NCBI RefSeq assembly: GCF_003334785.1
Contig: NZ_QOWV01000012.1
Direction: 5' to 3' (one strand)
Origin: Escherichia coli
GTDB lineage: Bacteria; Pseudomonadota; Gammaproteobacteria; Enterobacterales; Enterobacteriaceae
Length of the DNA stretch: 64,000 nt
Below are positions 47,826 to 59,178 of the stretch, in pieces. Within the stretch, counting starts at the first letter, position 1. Every line of letters starts with the position of its first letter. The position numbers and the translations under genes were made by a program. A model generated the notes under the pieces. The model had not been told where the DNA came from and searched no databases. It saw nothing but the letters and a program-made list of their open reading frames with translations.

Positions 47826-48512
47826 ATGCGTATAACGATTATTCTGGTCGCACCCGCCAGAGCAGAAAATATTGGGGCAGCGGCGCGGGCAATGAAAACG
47901 ATGGGGTTTAGCGAACTGCGGATTGTCGATAGTCAGGCACATCTGGAGCCAGTCACTCGCTGGGTCGCACATGGATCTGGTGATATTATTGATAATATTA
48001 AAGTTTTCCCGACACTGGTTGAATCGTTACACGATGTCGATTTCACTGTCGCCACCACTGCGCGCAGTCGGGCGAAATATCATTACTACGCCACGCCAGT
48101 TGAACTGGTGCCGCTGTTAGAGGAAAAATCTTCATGGATGAGCCATGCCGCGCTGGTGTTTGGTCGCGAAGATTCCGGGTTGACTAACGAAGAGTTAGCG
48201 TTGGCTGACGTTCTTACTGGTGTGCCGATGGTGGCGGATTATCCTTCGCTCAATCTGGGGCAGGCAGTGATGGTCTATTGCTATCAATTAGCAACATTAA
48301 TACAACAACCGACGAAAAGTGACACAACGGCAGACCAACATCAACTGCAAGCTTTACGCGAACGAGTCATGGCATTGCTGACGACTCTGGCAGTGGCAGA
48401 TGACATAAAACTGGTCGACTGGTTACAGCAACGCCTGGGGCTTTTAGAGCAACGAGACACGGCAATGTTGCACCGTTTGCTGCATGATATTGAAAAAAAT
48501 ATCACCAAATAA
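47826..48512 (+). CDS. lasT: SpoU/TrmH-family RNA methyltransferase (LasT/YjtD)
   Basis: 228 aa starting MRITIILVAPARAENIGAAARAMKTMGF. Confidence 0.85.
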   Translation: MRITIILVAPARAENIGAAARAMKTMGFSELRIVDSQAHLEPVTRWVAHGSGDIIDNIKVFPTLVESLHDVDFTVATTARSRAKYHYYATPVELVPLLEEKSSWMSHAALVFGREDSGLTNEELALADVLTGVPMVADYPSLNLGQAVMVYCYQLATLIQQPTKSDTTADQHQLQALRERVMALLTTLAVADDIKLVDWLQQRLGLLEQRDTAMLHRLLHDIEKNITK

Positions 48513-48639
48513 AAAACGCCTTAGTAAGTATTTTTCAGCTTTTCATTCTGACTGCAATGGGCAATATGTCTCTGTGTGGATTAAAAAAAGAGTCTCTGAC
48601 AGCAGCTTCTGAACTGGTTACCTGCCGTGAGTAAATTAA

Positions 48640-48690
48640 AATTTTATTGACTTAGGTCACTAAATACTTTAACCAATATAGGCATAGCGC
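48640..48690 (+). promoter_or_regulatory. thr operon promoter region
   Basis: TTGACT -35 hexamer at 48647 followed by an AT-rich -10 region, about 60 bp upstream of thrL. Confidence 0.5.
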
Positions 48691-48722
48691 ACAGACAGAT
48701 AAAAATTACAGAGTACACAACA

Positions 48723-48791
<69 letters not shown>

Positions 48792-48810
48792 CGCGTACAG
48801 GAAACACAGA

Positions 48811-48846
48811 AAAAAGCCCGCACCTGACAGTGCGGGCTTTTTTTTT
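48811..48846 (+). terminator. thr attenuator (Rho-independent terminator)
   Basis: aaagcccgcacctgacagtgcgggc hairpin followed by nine T. Confidence 0.85.
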
Positions 48847-48872
48847 CGACCAAAGGTAACGAGGTAACAACC

Positions 48873-51335
48873 ATGCGAGTGTTGAAGTTCGGCGGTACAT
48901 CAGTGGCAAATGCAGAACGTTTTCTGCGGGTTGCCGATATTCTGGAAAGCAATGCCAGGCAGGGGCAGGTGGCCACCGTCCTCTCTGCCCCCGCCAAAAT
49001 CACCAACCACCTGGTGGCGATGATTGAAAAAACCATTAGCGGCCAGGATGCTTTACCCAATATCAGCGATGCCGAACGTATTTTTGCCGAACTTTTGACG
49101 GGACTCGCCGCCGCCCAGCCGGGATTCCCGCTGGCGCAATTGAAAACTTTCGTCGACCAGGAATTTGCCCAAATAAAACATGTCCTGCATGGCATTAGTT
49201 TGTTAGGGCAGTGCCCGGATAGCATTAACGCTGCGCTGATTTGCCGTGGCGAGAAAATGTCGATCGCCATTATGGCCGGCGTGTTAGAAGCGCGTGGTCA
49301 CAACGTTACCGTTATCGATCCGGTCGAAAAACTACTGGCAGTGGGGCATTACCTCGAATCTACCGTCGATATTGCTGAGTCCACCCGCCGTATTGCGGCA
49401 AGTCGTATTCCGGCTGATCACATGGTGCTGATGGCAGGCTTCACCGCCGGTAATGAAAAAGGCGAACTGGTGGTACTTGGACGCAACGGTTCCGACTACT
49501 CCGCGGCGGTGCTGGCTGCCTGTTTACGCGCCGATTGTTGCGAGATTTGGACGGACGTTGACGGGGTCTATACCTGCGACCCGCGTCAGGTGCCCGATGC
49601 GAGGTTGTTGAAGTCGATGTCCTACCAGGAAGCGATGGAGCTTTCCTACTTCGGCGCTAAAGTTCTTCACCCCCGCACCATTACCCCCATCGCCCAGTTC
49701 CAGATCCCTTGCCTGATTAAAAATACCGGAAATCCTCAAGCACCAGGTACGCTCATTGGTGCCAGTCGTGATGAAGACGAATTACCGGTCAAGGGCATTT
49801 CCAATCTGAATAACATGGCAATGTTCAGCGTTTCCGGCCCGGGGATGAAAGGAATGGTCGGCATGGCGGCGCGCGTCTTTGCCGCGATGTCACGCGCCCG
49901 TATTTCCGTGGTGCTGATTACGCAATCATCTTCCGAATACAGTATCAGTTTCTGCGTTCCGCAAAGCGACTGTGTGCGGGCTGAACGGGCAATGCAGGAA
50001 GAGTTCTACCTGGAACTGAAAGAAGGCTTACTGGAGCCGCTGGCGGTGACGGAACGGCTGGCCATTATCTCGGTGGTAGGTGATGGTATGCGTACCTTGC
50101 GTGGGATCTCGGCGAAATTCTTTGCCGCGCTGGCCCGCGCCAATATCAACATTGTCGCTATTGCTCAGGGATCTTCTGAACGCTCAATCTCTGTCGTGGT
50201 AAATAACGATGATGCGACCACTGGCGTGCGCGTTACTCATCAGATGCTGTTCAATACCGATCAGGTTATCGAAGTGTTTGTGATTGGCGTCGGTGGCGTT
50301 GGCGGTGCGCTGCTGGAGCAACTGAAGCGTCAACAAAGCTGGCTGAAGAATAAACATATCGACTTACGTGTCTGCGGTGTTGCCAACTCGAAGGCACTGC
50401 TCACCAATGTGCATGGCCTAAATCTGGAAAACTGGCAGGAAGAACTGGCGCAAGCCAAAGAGCCGTTTAATCTCGGGCGCTTAATTCGCCTCGTGAAAGA
50501 ATATCATCTGCTGAACCCGGTCATTGTTGACTGCACCTCCAGCCAGGCAGTGGCGGATCAATATGCCGACTTCCTGCGCGAAGGTTTCCACGTTGTCACG
50601 CCGAACAAAAAGGCCAACACCTCGTCGATGGATTACTACCATCTGTTGCGTCATGCGGCGGAAAAATCGCGGCGGAAATTCCTCTATGACACCAACGTTG
50701 GGGCTGGATTACCGGTTATTGAAAACCTGCAAAATCTGCTCAATGCTGGTGATGAATTGATGAAGTTCTCCGGCATTCTTTCAGGATCGCTTTCTTATAT
50801 CTTCGGCAAGTTAGACGAAGGCATGAGTTTCTCCGAGGCGACCACGCTGGCACGGGAAATGGGTTATACCGAACCGGATCCGCGAGATGATCTTTCTGGT
50901 ATGGATGTGGCGCGTAAACTATTGATTCTCGCCCGTGAAACGGGACGTGAACTGGAGCTGGCGGATATTGAAATTGAACCTGTGCTGCCCGCAGAGTTTA
51001 ACGCCGAGGGTGATGTTGCCGCTTTTATGGCGAATCTGTCACAGCTCGACGATCGCTTTGCCGCGCGCGTGGCGAAGGCCCGTGATGAAGGAAAAGTTTT
51101 GCGCTATGTTGGCAATATTGATGAAGATGGCGTCTGTCGCGTGAAGATTGCCGAAGTGGATGGTAATGATCCGCTGTTCAAAGTGAAAAATGGCGAAAAC
51201 GCCCTGGCCTTCTATAGCCACTATTATCAGCCGCTGCCGTTGGTGCTGCGCGGATATGGTGCGGGCAATGACGTTACCGCTGCTGGTGTCTTTGCCGATC
51301 TGCTGCGTACCCTCTCATGGAAGTTAGGAGTCTGA
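48873..51335 (+). CDS. thrA: Bifunctional aspartokinase I / homoserine dehydrogenase I
   Basis: 820 aa starting [32 protein letters not shown]. Confidence 0.97.
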   Translation: MRVLKFGGTSVANAERFLRVADILESNARQGQVATVLSAPAKITNHLVAMIEKTISGQDALPNISDAERIFAELLTGLAAAQPGFPLAQLKTFVDQEFAQIKHVLHGISLLGQCPDSINAALICRGEKMSIAIMAGVLEARGHNVTVIDPVEKLLAVGHYLESTVDIAESTRRIAASRIPADHMVLMAGFTAGNEKGELVVLGRNGSDYSAAVLAACLRADCCEIWTDVDGVYTCDPRQVPDARLLKSMSYQEAMELSYFGAKVLHPRTITPIAQFQIPCLIKNTGNPQAPGTLIGASRDEDELPVKGISNLNNMAMFSVSGPGMKGMVGMAARVFAAMSRARISVVLITQSSSEYSISFCVPQSDCVRAERAMQEEFYLELKEGLLEPLAVTERLAIISVVGDGMRTLRGISAKFFAALARANINIVAIAQGSSERSISVVVNNDDATTGVRVTHQMLFNTDQVIEVFVIGVGGVGGALLEQLKRQQSWLKNKHIDLRVCGVANSKALLTNVHGLNLENWQEELAQAKEPFNLGRLIRLVKEYHLLNPVIVDCTSSQAVADQYADFLREGFHVVTPNKKANTSSMDYYHLLRHAAEKSRRKFLYDTNVGAGLPVIENLQNLLNAGDELMKFSGILSGSLSYIFGKLDEGMSFSEATTLAREMGYTEPDPRDDLSGMDVARKLLILARETGRELELADIEIEPVLPAEFNAEGDVAAFMANLSQLDDRFAARVAKARDEGKVLRYVGNIDEDGVCRVKIAEVDGNDPLFKVKNGENALAFYSHYYQPLPLVLRGYGAGNDVTAAGVFADLLRTLSWKLGV

Positions 51336-51336
51336 C

Positions 51337-52269
51337 ATGGTTAAAGTTTATGCCCCGGCTTCCAGTGCCAATATGAGCGTCGGGTTTGATGTGCTCGGGG
51401 CGGCGGTGACACCCGTTGATGGTGCATTGCTCGGAGATGTAGTTACGGTTGAGGCGGCAGAGATATTCAGTCTCAACAACCTCGGGCGCTTTGCCGATAA
51501 GCTGCCGTCAGAACCACGGGAAAATATCGTTTATCAGTGCTGGGAGCGTTTTTGCCAGGAGCTTGGCAAGCAAATTCCAGTGGCGATGACTCTGGAAAAG
51601 AATATGCCGATCGGTTCGGGCTTAGGCTCCAGCGCCTGTTCGGTGGTCGCGGCGCTGATGGCGATGAATGAACACTGCGGCAAGCCGCTTAATGACACTC
51701 GTTTGCTGGCTTTGATGGGCGAGCTGGAAGGACGTATCTCCGGCAGCATTCATTACGACAACGTGGCACCGTGTTTTCTAGGTGGTATGCAGTTGATGAT
51801 CGAAGAAAACGACATCATCAGCCAGCAAGTGCCTGGGTTTGATGAGTGGCTGTGGGTGCTGGCGTATCCGGGGATTAAAGTCTCGACGGCAGAAGCCCGG
51901 GCTATTTTACCGGCGCAGTATCGCCGCCAGGATTGCATTGCGCACGGGCGACATCTGGCAGGCTTCATTCACGCCTGCTATTCCCGTCAGCCTGAGCTTG
52001 CCGCGAAGCTGATGAAAGATGTTATCGCTGAACCCTACCGTGAACGATTACTGCCAGGCTTCCGGCAGGCGCGGCAGGCGGTCGCGGAAATCGGCGCGGT
52101 AGCGAGCGGTATCTCCGGCTCCGGCCCGACCTTGTTCGCTCTGTGTGACAAGCCGGATACCGCCCAGCGCGTTGCCGACTGGTTGGGTAAGAACTACCTG
52201 CAAAATCAGGAAGGTTTTGTTCATATTTGCCGGCTGGATACGGCGGGCGCACGAGTACTGGAAAACTAA
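51337..52269 (+). CDS. thrB: Homoserine kinase
   Basis: 310 aa starting [21 protein letters not shown]; GHMP kinase motif. Confidence 0.97.
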   Translation: MVKVYAPASSANMSVGFDVLGAAVTPVDGALLGDVVTVEAAEIFSLNNLGRFADKLPSEPRENIVYQCWERFCQELGKQIPVAMTLEKNMPIGSGLGSSACSVVAALMAMNEHCGKPLNDTRLLALMGELEGRISGSIHYDNVAPCFLGGMQLMIEENDIISQQVPGFDEWLWVLAYPGIKVSTAEARAILPAQYRRQDCIAHGRHLAGFIHACYSRQPELAAKLMKDVIAEPYRERLLPGFRQARQAVAEIGAVASGISGSGPTLFALCDKPDTAQRVADWLGKNYLQNQEGFVHICRLDTAGARVLEN

Positions 52270-53556
52270 ATGAAACTCTACAATCTGAAAGATCACAACG
52301 AGCAGGTCAGCTTTGCGCAAGCCGTAACCCAGGGGTTGGGCAAAAATCAGGGGCTGTTTTTTCCGCATGACCTGCCGGAATTCAGCCTGACTGAAATTGA
52401 TGAGATGCTGAAGCTGGATTTTGTCACCCGCAGTGCGAAGATCCTCTCGGCGTTTATTGGTGATGAAATCCCGCAGGAAATCCTGGAAGAGCGCGTGCGC
52501 GCGGCGTTTGCCTTCCCGGCTCCGGTCGCCAATGTTGAAAGCGATGTCGGTTGTCTGGAATTGTTCCACGGGCCAACGCTGGCATTTAAAGATTTCGGCG
52601 GTCGCTTTATGGCACAAATGCTGACCCATATTGCGGGTGATAAGCCAGTGACCATTCTGACCGCGACCTCCGGTGATACCGGAGCGGCAGTGGCTCATGC
52701 TTTCTACGGTTTGCCGAATGTGAAAGTGGTTATCCTCTATCCACGAGGCAAAATCAGTCCACTGCAAGAAAAACTGTTCTGTACATTGGGCGGCAATATC
52801 GAAACTGTTGCCATCGACGGCGATTTCGATGCCTGTCAGGCGCTGGTGAAGCAGGCGTTTGATGATGAAGAACTGAAAGTGGCGCTGGGGTTAAACTCAG
52901 CTAACTCGATTAACATCAGCCGTTTGCTGGCGCAGATTTGCTACTACTTTGAAGCTGTTGCGCAGCTGCCGCAGGAGGCGCGCAACCAGCTGGTTGTTTC
53001 GGTACCAAGCGGAAACTTCGGCGATTTGACGGCGGGTCTGCTGGCGAAGTCACTCGGTCTGCCGGTGAAACGTTTTATTGCTGCGACCAACGTGAACGAT
53101 ACCGTGCCACGTTTCCTGCACGACGGTCAGTGGTCCCCCAAAGCGACTCAGGCGACGTTATCCAACGCGATGGACGTGAGTCAGCCGAACAACTGGCCGC
53201 GTGTGGAAGAGTTGTTCCGCCGCAAAATCTGGCAACTGAAAGAGCTGGGTTATGCAGCCGTGGATGATGAAACCACGCAACAGACAATGCGTGAGTTAAA
53301 AGAACTGGGCTACACCTCGGAGCCGCACGCTGCCGTAGCGTATCGTGCGCTGCGTGACCAGTTGAATCCAGGCGAATATGGCTTGTTCCTCGGCACCGCG
53401 CATCCGGCGAAATTTAAAGAGAGCGTGGAAGCGATTCTCGGTGAAACGTTGGATCTGCCAAAAGAGCTGGCAGAACGTGCTGATTTACCCTTGCTTTCAC
53501 ATAATCTGCCCGCCGATTTTGCTGCGTTGCGTAAATTGATGATGAATCATCAGTAA
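52270..53556 (+). CDS. thrC: Threonine synthase
   Basis: 428 aa starting MKLYNLKDHNEQVSFAQAVTQG. Confidence 0.97.
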   Translation: MKLYNLKDHNEQVSFAQAVTQGLGKNQGLFFPHDLPEFSLTEIDEMLKLDFVTRSAKILSAFIGDEIPQEILEERVRAAFAFPAPVANVESDVGCLELFHGPTLAFKDFGGRFMAQMLTHIAGDKPVTILTATSGDTGAAVAHAFYGLPNVKVVILYPRGKISPLQEKLFCTLGGNIETVAIDGDFDACQALVKQAFDDEELKVALGLNSANSINISRLLAQICYYFEAVAQLPQEARNQLVVSVPSGNFGDLTAGLLAKSLGLPVKRFIAATNVNDTVPRFLHDGQWSPKATQATLSNAMDVSQPNNWPRVEELFRRKIWQLKELGYAAVDDETTQQTMRELKELGYTSEPHAAVAYRALRDQLNPGEYGLFLGTAHPAKFKESVEAILGETLDLPKELAERADLPLLSHNLPADFAALRKLMMNHQ

Positions 53557-53769
53557 CATCTATTCATTATCTCAATCAGGCCGGGTTTGCTTTTATGCAG
53601 CCCGGCTTTTTTGTGAAGAAAATATGGAGAGAAACGACAGGGAAAAAGGAGAAATTCTCAATAAATGCGGTAACTTAGAGATTAGGATTGCGGAGAATAA
53701 CAACCGCCGTTCTCATCGCGTAATCTCCGGATATCGACCCATAACGGGCAATGATAAAAGGAGTAACCT

Positions 53770-54066
53770 GTGAAAAAGATGCAATCTATCGTACTCGCAC
53801 TTTCCCTGGTTCTGGTCGCTCCCATGGCAGCGCAGGCTGCGGAAATTACGTTAGTCCCGTCAGTAAAATTACAGATAGGCGATCGTGATAATCGCGGTTA
53901 TTACTGGGATGGCGGTCACTGGCGCGACCACGGCTGGTGGAAACAACATTATGAATGGCGAGGCAATCGCTGGCACCCACACGGACCGCCGCCACCGCCG
54001 CGTCACCATAAGAAAGCTCATCATGATCATCACGGCGGTCATGGTCCAGGCAAACATCACCGCTAA
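53770..54066 (+). CDS. yaaX: DUF2502 secreted protein with His/Pro-rich C-terminus
   Basis: GTG start, signal peptide ending AQA, C-terminal [30 protein letters not shown]. Confidence 0.8.
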   Translation: MKKMQSIVLALSLVLVAPMAAQAAEITLVPSVKLQIGDRDNRGYYWDGGHWRDHGWWKQHYEWRGNRWHPHGPPPPPRHHKKAHHDHHGGHGPGKHHR

Positions 54067-54074
54067 ATGACAAA

Positions 54075-54215
54075 TGCCGGGTAACAATCCGGCATTCAGC
54101 GCCTGATGCGACGCTGGCGCGTCTTATCAGGCCTACGTGAATTCTGCAATATATTGAATCTGCATGCTTTTGTAGGCCGGATAAGGCGTTCACGCCGCAT
54201 CCGGCATTGACTGCA
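54075..54215. repeat. REP/BIME element between yaaX and yaaA
   Basis: gcctgatgcgacgctggcgcgtcttatcaggcctac and gtaggccggataaggcgttcacgccgcatccggca. Confidence 0.6.
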
Positions 54216-54218
54216 AAC

Positions 54219-54995
54219 TTAACGCTGCTCGTAGCGTTTAAACACCAGTTCGCCATTGCTGGAGGAAGCTTCATCAAAGAAGTAACCTTCGCTATTAAAA
54301 CCAGTCAGTTGCTCTGGTTTGGTCAGCCGATTTTCAATAATAAAACGACTCATCAGACCGCGTGCTTTCTTAGCGTAGAAGCTGATTATCTTAAATTTGC
54401 CGTTCTTCTCATCGAGGAACACCGGCTTGATAATCTCGGCATTCAATTTCTTCGGCTTCACCGATTTAAAATACTCATCTGACGCCAGATTAATCACCAC
54501 ATTATCGCCTTGTGCTGCGAGCGCCTCGTTCAGCTTGTTGGTGATGATATCTCCCCAGAATTGATACAGATCTTTCCCTCGGGCATTCTCAAGACGGATC
54601 CCCATTTCCAGACGATAAGGCTGCATTAAATCGAGCGGGCGCAGTACGCCATACAAGCCGGAAAGCATTCGCAAATGCTGTTGGGCAAAATCGAAATCGT
54701 CTTCGCTGAAGGTTTCGGCCTGCAAGCCGGTGTAGACATCACCTTTAAACGCCAGAATCGCCTGGCGGGCATTCTCCGGCGTGAAATCTGGCTGCCAGTC
54801 ATGAAAGCGAGCGGCGTTGATACCCGCCAGTTTGTCGCTGATGCGCATCAGCGTGCTAATCTGCGGAGGCGTCAGTTTCCGCGCTTCATGGATCAACTGC
54901 TGGGAATTGTCTAACAGCTCCGGCAGCGTATAGCGCGTGGTGGTCAACGGGCTTTGGTAATCAAGCGTTTTCGCAGGTGAAATAAGAATCAGCAT
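54219..54995 (-). CDS. yaaA: Peroxide stress resistance protein YaaA (UPF0246)
   Basis: 258 aa starting [17 protein letters not shown]. Confidence 0.9.
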   Translation of the reverse strand: MLILISPAKTLDYQSPLTTTRYTLPELLDNSQQLIHEARKLTPPQISTLMRISDKLAGINAARFHDWQPDFTPENARQAILAFKGDVYTGLQAETFSEDDFDFAQQHLRMLSGLYGVLRPLDLMQPYRLEMGIRLENARGKDLYQFWGDIITNKLNEALAAQGDNVVINLASDEYFKSVKPKKLNAEIIKPVFLDEKNGKFKIISFYAKKARGLMSRFIIENRLTKPEQLTGFNSEGYFFDEASSSNGELVFKRYEQR

Positions 54996-55064
54996 ATCCA
55001 GTCCTTGCAGGAAATTTATGCCGACTTTAGCAAAAAAAGAGAATGAGTTGATCGATAGTTGTGA

Positions 55065-56495
55065 TTACTCCTGCGAAACATCATCCCACGCGTCCGGAGA
55101 AAGCTGGCGGCCGATATCCGGATAACGCAACGGATCAAACACCGGGCGCACGCCGAGTTTACGCTGGCGTAGATAATCACTGGCAATGGTATGAACCACA
55201 GGCGAGAGCAGTAAAATGGCGGTCAAATTGGTAATAGCCATGCAGGCCATTATGATATCTGCCAGTTGCCACATCAGCGGAAGACTTAGCAAGGTGCCGC
55301 CGATGACCGTTGCGAAGGTGCAGATCCGCAAACACCAGATCGCTTTAGGGTTGTTCAGGCGTAAAAAGAAGAGATTGTTTTCGGCGTAAATGTAGTTGGC
55401 AACGATGGAGCTGAAGGCAAACAGAATAACCACGAGGGTAACAAACTCAGCACCCCAGGAACCCATTAGCACCCGCATCGCCTTCTGGATAAGCTGAATA
55501 CCTTCCAGCGGCATGTAGGTTGTGCCGTTACCCGCCAGTAATATCAGCATGGCGCTTGCCGTACAGATGACCAGGGTGTCGATAAAAATGCCAATCATCT
55601 GGACAATCCCTTGCGCTGCCGGATGCGGAGGCCAGGACGCCGCTGCCGCTGCCGCGTTTGGCGTCGACCCCATTCCCGCCTCATTGGAAAACATACTGCG
55701 CTGAAAACCGTTAGTAATCGCCTGGCTTAAGGTATATCCCGCCGCGCCGCCTGCCGCTTCCTGCCAGCCAAAAGCACTCTCAAAAATAGACCAAATGACG
55801 TGGGGAAGTTGCCCGATATTCATTACGCAAATCACCAGGCTGGTCAGTACCCAGATTATCGCCATCAACGGGACAAACCCCTGCATGAGCCGGGCGACGC
55901 CATGAAGACCGCGAGTGATCGCCAGCAGAGCAAAGACAGCGAGAATAATACCTGTCACCAGCGGGGGAAAATCAAAAGAAAAACTCAGGGCTCGCGCAAC
56001 GGCGTTCGCCTGAATTCCGCTGAAAATTATGCCGTAGGCGATGAGCAAAAAGACGGCGAACAGAACGCCCATCCAGCGCATCCCCAGCCCGCGCGCCATA
56101 TACCATGCCGGTCCGCCACGAAACTGCCCATTGGCATCACGTTCTTTATAAAGCTGTGCGAGGGAACATTCGGCAAACGAGGTCGCCATGCCGATAAACG
56201 CGGCAACCCACATCCAGAAGACGGCTCCAGGTCCACCGGCGGTAATTGCCAGCGCAACGCCGGCCAGGTTGCCGCTACCCACGCGCGCCGCAAGACTGGT
56301 ACACAATGACTGAAATGAGGTTAAACCGCCTGGCTGTGGATGAATGCTATTTTTAAGACTTTTGCCAAACTGGCGGATGTAGCGAAACTGCACAAATCCG
56401 GTGCGAAAAGTGAACCAACAACCTGCGCCGAAGAGCAGGTAAATCATTACCGATCCCCAAAGGACGCTGTTAATAAAGGAGAAAAAATCTGGCAT
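55065..56495 (-). CDS. yaaJ: Alanine/glycine:cation symporter family transporter
   Basis: 476 aa, multi-TM AGCS-family sequence. Confidence 0.9.
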   Translation of the reverse strand: MPDFFSFINSVLWGSVMIYLLFGAGCWFTFRTGFVQFRYIRQFGKSLKNSIHPQPGGLTSFQSLCTSLAARVGSGNLAGVALAITAGGPGAVFWMWVAAFIGMATSFAECSLAQLYKERDANGQFRGGPAWYMARGLGMRWMGVLFAVFLLIAYGIIFSGIQANAVARALSFSFDFPPLVTGIILAVFALLAITRGLHGVARLMQGFVPLMAIIWVLTSLVICVMNIGQLPHVIWSIFESAFGWQEAAGGAAGYTLSQAITNGFQRSMFSNEAGMGSTPNAAAAAASWPPHPAAQGIVQMIGIFIDTLVICTASAMLILLAGNGTTYMPLEGIQLIQKAMRVLMGSWGAEFVTLVVILFAFSSIVANYIYAENNLFFLRLNNPKAIWCLRICTFATVIGGTLLSLPLMWQLADIIMACMAITNLTAILLLSPVVHTIASDYLRQRKLGVRPVFDPLRYPDIGRQLSPDAWDDVSQE

Positions 56496-56773
56496 GCATA
56501 TCCCTCTTATTGCCGGTCGCGATGACTTTCCTGTGTAAACGTTACCAATTGTTTAAGAAGTATATACGCTACGAGGTACTTGATAACTTCTGCGTAGCAT
56601 ACATGAGGTTTTGTATAAAAATGGCGGGCGATATCAACGCAGTGTCAGAAATCCGAAACAGTCTCGCCTGGCGATAACCGTCTTGTCGGCGGTTGCGCTG
56701 ACGTTGCGTCGTGATATCATCAGGGCAGACCGGTTACATCCCCCTAACAAGCTGTTTAAAGAGAAATACTATC

Positions 56774-57727
56774 ATGACGGACAAATTGACCTCCCTTCGT
56801 CAGTACACCACCGTAGTGGCCGACACTGGGGACATCGCGGCAATGAAGCTGTATCAACCGCAGGATGCCACAACCAACCCTTCTCTCATTCTTAACGCAG
56901 CGCAGATTCCGGAATACCGTAAGTTGATTGATGATGCTGTCGCCTGGGCGAAACAGCAGAGCAACGATCGCGCGCAGCAGATCGTGGACGCGACCGACAA
57001 ACTGGCAGTAAATATTGGTCTGGAAATCCTGAAACTGGTTCCGGGCCGTATCTCAACTGAAGTTGATGCGCGTCTTTCCTATGACACCGAAGCGTCAATT
57101 GCGAAAGCAAAACGCCTGATCAAACTCTACAACGATGCTGGTATTAGCAACGATCGTATTCTGATCAAACTGGCTTCTACCTGGCAGGGTATCCGTGCTG
57201 CAGAACAGCTGGAAAAAGAAGGCATCAACTGTAACCTGACCCTGCTGTTCTCCTTCGCTCAGGCTCGTGCTTGTGCGGAAGCGGGCGTGTTCCTGATCTC
57301 GCCGTTTGTTGGCCGTATTCTTGACTGGTACAAAGCGAATACCGATAAGAAAGAGTACGCTCCGGCAGAAGATCCGGGCGTGGTTTCTGTATCTGAAATC
57401 TACCAGTACTACAAAGAGCACGGTTATGAAACCGTGGTTATGGGCGCAAGCTTCCGTAACATCGGCGAAATTCTGGAACTGGCAGGCTGCGACCGTCTTA
57501 CCATCGCACCTACACTGCTGAAAGAGCTGGCTGAGAGCGAAGGGGCTATCGAACGTAAACTGTCTTACACCGGCGAAGTGAAAGCGCGTCCGGCGCGTAT
57601 CACTGAGTCCGAGTTCCTGTGGCAGCACAACCAGGATCCAATGGCAGTAGATAAACTGGCGGAAGGTATCCGTAAGTTTGCTATTGACCAGGAAAAACTG
57701 GAAAAAATGATCGGCGATCTGCTGTAA
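56774..57727 (+). CDS. talB: Transaldolase B
   Basis: 317 aa starting [21 protein letters not shown]. Confidence 0.95.
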   Translation: MTDKLTSLRQYTTVVADTGDIAAMKLYQPQDATTNPSLILNAAQIPEYRKLIDDAVAWAKQQSNDRAQQIVDATDKLAVNIGLEILKLVPGRISTEVDARLSYDTEASIAKAKRLIKLYNDAGISNDRILIKLASTWQGIRAAEQLEKEGINCNLTLLFSFAQARACAEAGVFLISPFVGRILDWYKANTDKKEYAPAEDPGVVSVSEIYQYYKEHGYETVVMGASFRNIGEILELAGCDRLTIAPTLLKELAESEGAIERKLSYTGEVKARPARITESEFLWQHNQDPMAVDKLAEGIRKFAIDQEKLEKMIGDLL

Positions 57728-57841
57728 TCATTCTTAGCGTGACCGGGAAGTCGGTCACGCTACCTCTTCTGAAGCCTGTCTGTCACTCCCTTCGCAGTGT
57801 ATCATTCTGTTTAACGAGACTGTTTAAACGGAAAAATCTTG

Positions 57842-58429
57842 ATGAATACTTTACGTATTGGCTTAGTTTCCATCTCTGATCGCGCATCCAGCGGCGTTTA
57901 TCAGGATAAAGGCATCCCTGCGCTGGAAGAATGGCTGACATCGGCGCTAACCACGCCGTTTGAACTGGAAACCCGCTTAATCCCCGATGAGCAGGCGATC
58001 ATCGAGCAAACGTTGTGTGAGCTAGTGGATGAAATGAGTTGCCATCTGGTGCTCACCACGGGCGGAACTGGCCCGGCGCGTCGTGACGTAACGCCCGATG
58101 CGACGCTGGCAGTAGCGGACCGCGAGATGCCTGGCTTTGGTGAACAGATGCGCCAGATAAGCCTGCATTTTGTACCAACTGCGATCCTTTCGCGTCAGGT
58201 TGGTGTGATTCGCAAACAGGCGCTGATCCTTAACTTACCCGGTCAGCCGAAGTCTATTAAAGAGACGCTGGAAGGTGTGAAGGACGCTGCGGGTAACGTT
58301 GTGGTACACGGTATTTTTGCCAGCGTACCGTACTGCATTCAGTTGCTGGAAGGGCCATACGTTGAAACGGCACCAGAAGTGGTTGCTGCATTCAGACCGA
58401 AGAGTGCAAGACGCGACGTTAGCGAATAA
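57842..58429 (+). CDS. mog: Molybdopterin adenylyltransferase Mog
   Basis: 195 aa starting MNTLRIGLVSISDRAS; GGTG motif. Confidence 0.9.
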   Translation: MNTLRIGLVSISDRASSGVYQDKGIPALEEWLTSALTTPFELETRLIPDEQAIIEQTLCELVDEMSCHLVLTTGGTGPARRDVTPDATLAVADREMPGFGEQMRQISLHFVPTAILSRQVGVIRKQALILNLPGQPKSIKETLEGVKDAAGNVVVHGIFASVPYCIQLLEGPYVETAPEVVAAFRPKSARRDVSE

Positions 58430-58463
58430 AAAAATCCCCCCGAGCGGGGGGATCTCAAAACAA

Positions 58464-59030
58464 TTAGTGGGATTCACCAATCGGCAGAACGGTGCGACCA
58501 AACTGCTCGTTCAGTACTTCACCCATCGCCAGATAGATTGCACTGGCACCACAGATCAGACCAATCCAGCCGGCAAAGTGGATGATTGCGGCGTTACCGG
58601 CAATGTTACCGATCGCCAGCAGGGCAAACAGCACAGTCAGGCTAAAGAAAACGAATTGCAGAACGCGTGCGCCTTTCAGCGTGCCGAAGAACATAAACAG
58701 CGTAAATACGCCCCACAGACCCAGGTAGACACCAAGGAACTGTGCATTTGGCGCATCGGTCAGACCCAGTTTCGGCATCAGCAGAATCGCAACCAACGTC
58801 AGCCAGAAAGAACCGTAAGAGGTGAATGCGGTTAAACCGAAAGTGTTGCCTTTTTTGTACTCCAGCAGACCGGCAAAAATTTGCGCGATGCCGCCGTAGA
58901 AAATGCCCATGGCAAGAATAATACCGTCCAGAGCGAAATAACCCACGTTGTGCAGGTTAAGCAGAATGGTGGTCATGCCGAAGCCCATCAGGCCCAGCGG
59001 TGCCGGATTAGCCAACTTAGTGTTGCCCAT
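58464..59030 (-). CDS. satP: Succinate-acetate/proton symporter SatP (YaaH)
   Basis: 188 aa, six TM segments, starts MGNTKLANPAPLGLMGFGMTT. Confidence 0.9.
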   Translation of the reverse strand: MGNTKLANPAPLGLMGFGMTTILLNLHNVGYFALDGIILAMGIFYGGIAQIFAGLLEYKKGNTFGLTAFTSYGSFWLTLVAILLMPKLGLTDAPNAQFLGVYLGLWGVFTLFMFFGTLKGARVLQFVFFSLTVLFALLAIGNIAGNAAIIHFAGWIGLICGASAIYLAMGEVLNEQFGRTVLPIGESH

Positions 59031-59178
59031 AATTCCTCAAAAATCATCATCGAATGAATGGTGAAATAATTTCCCTGAATAACAGTAGTGTTTTCAGGGC
59101 GCGGCATAATAATCAGCCAGTGGGGCAGTGTCTACGATCTTTTGAGGGGAAAATGAAAATTTTCCCCGGTTTACGGTG

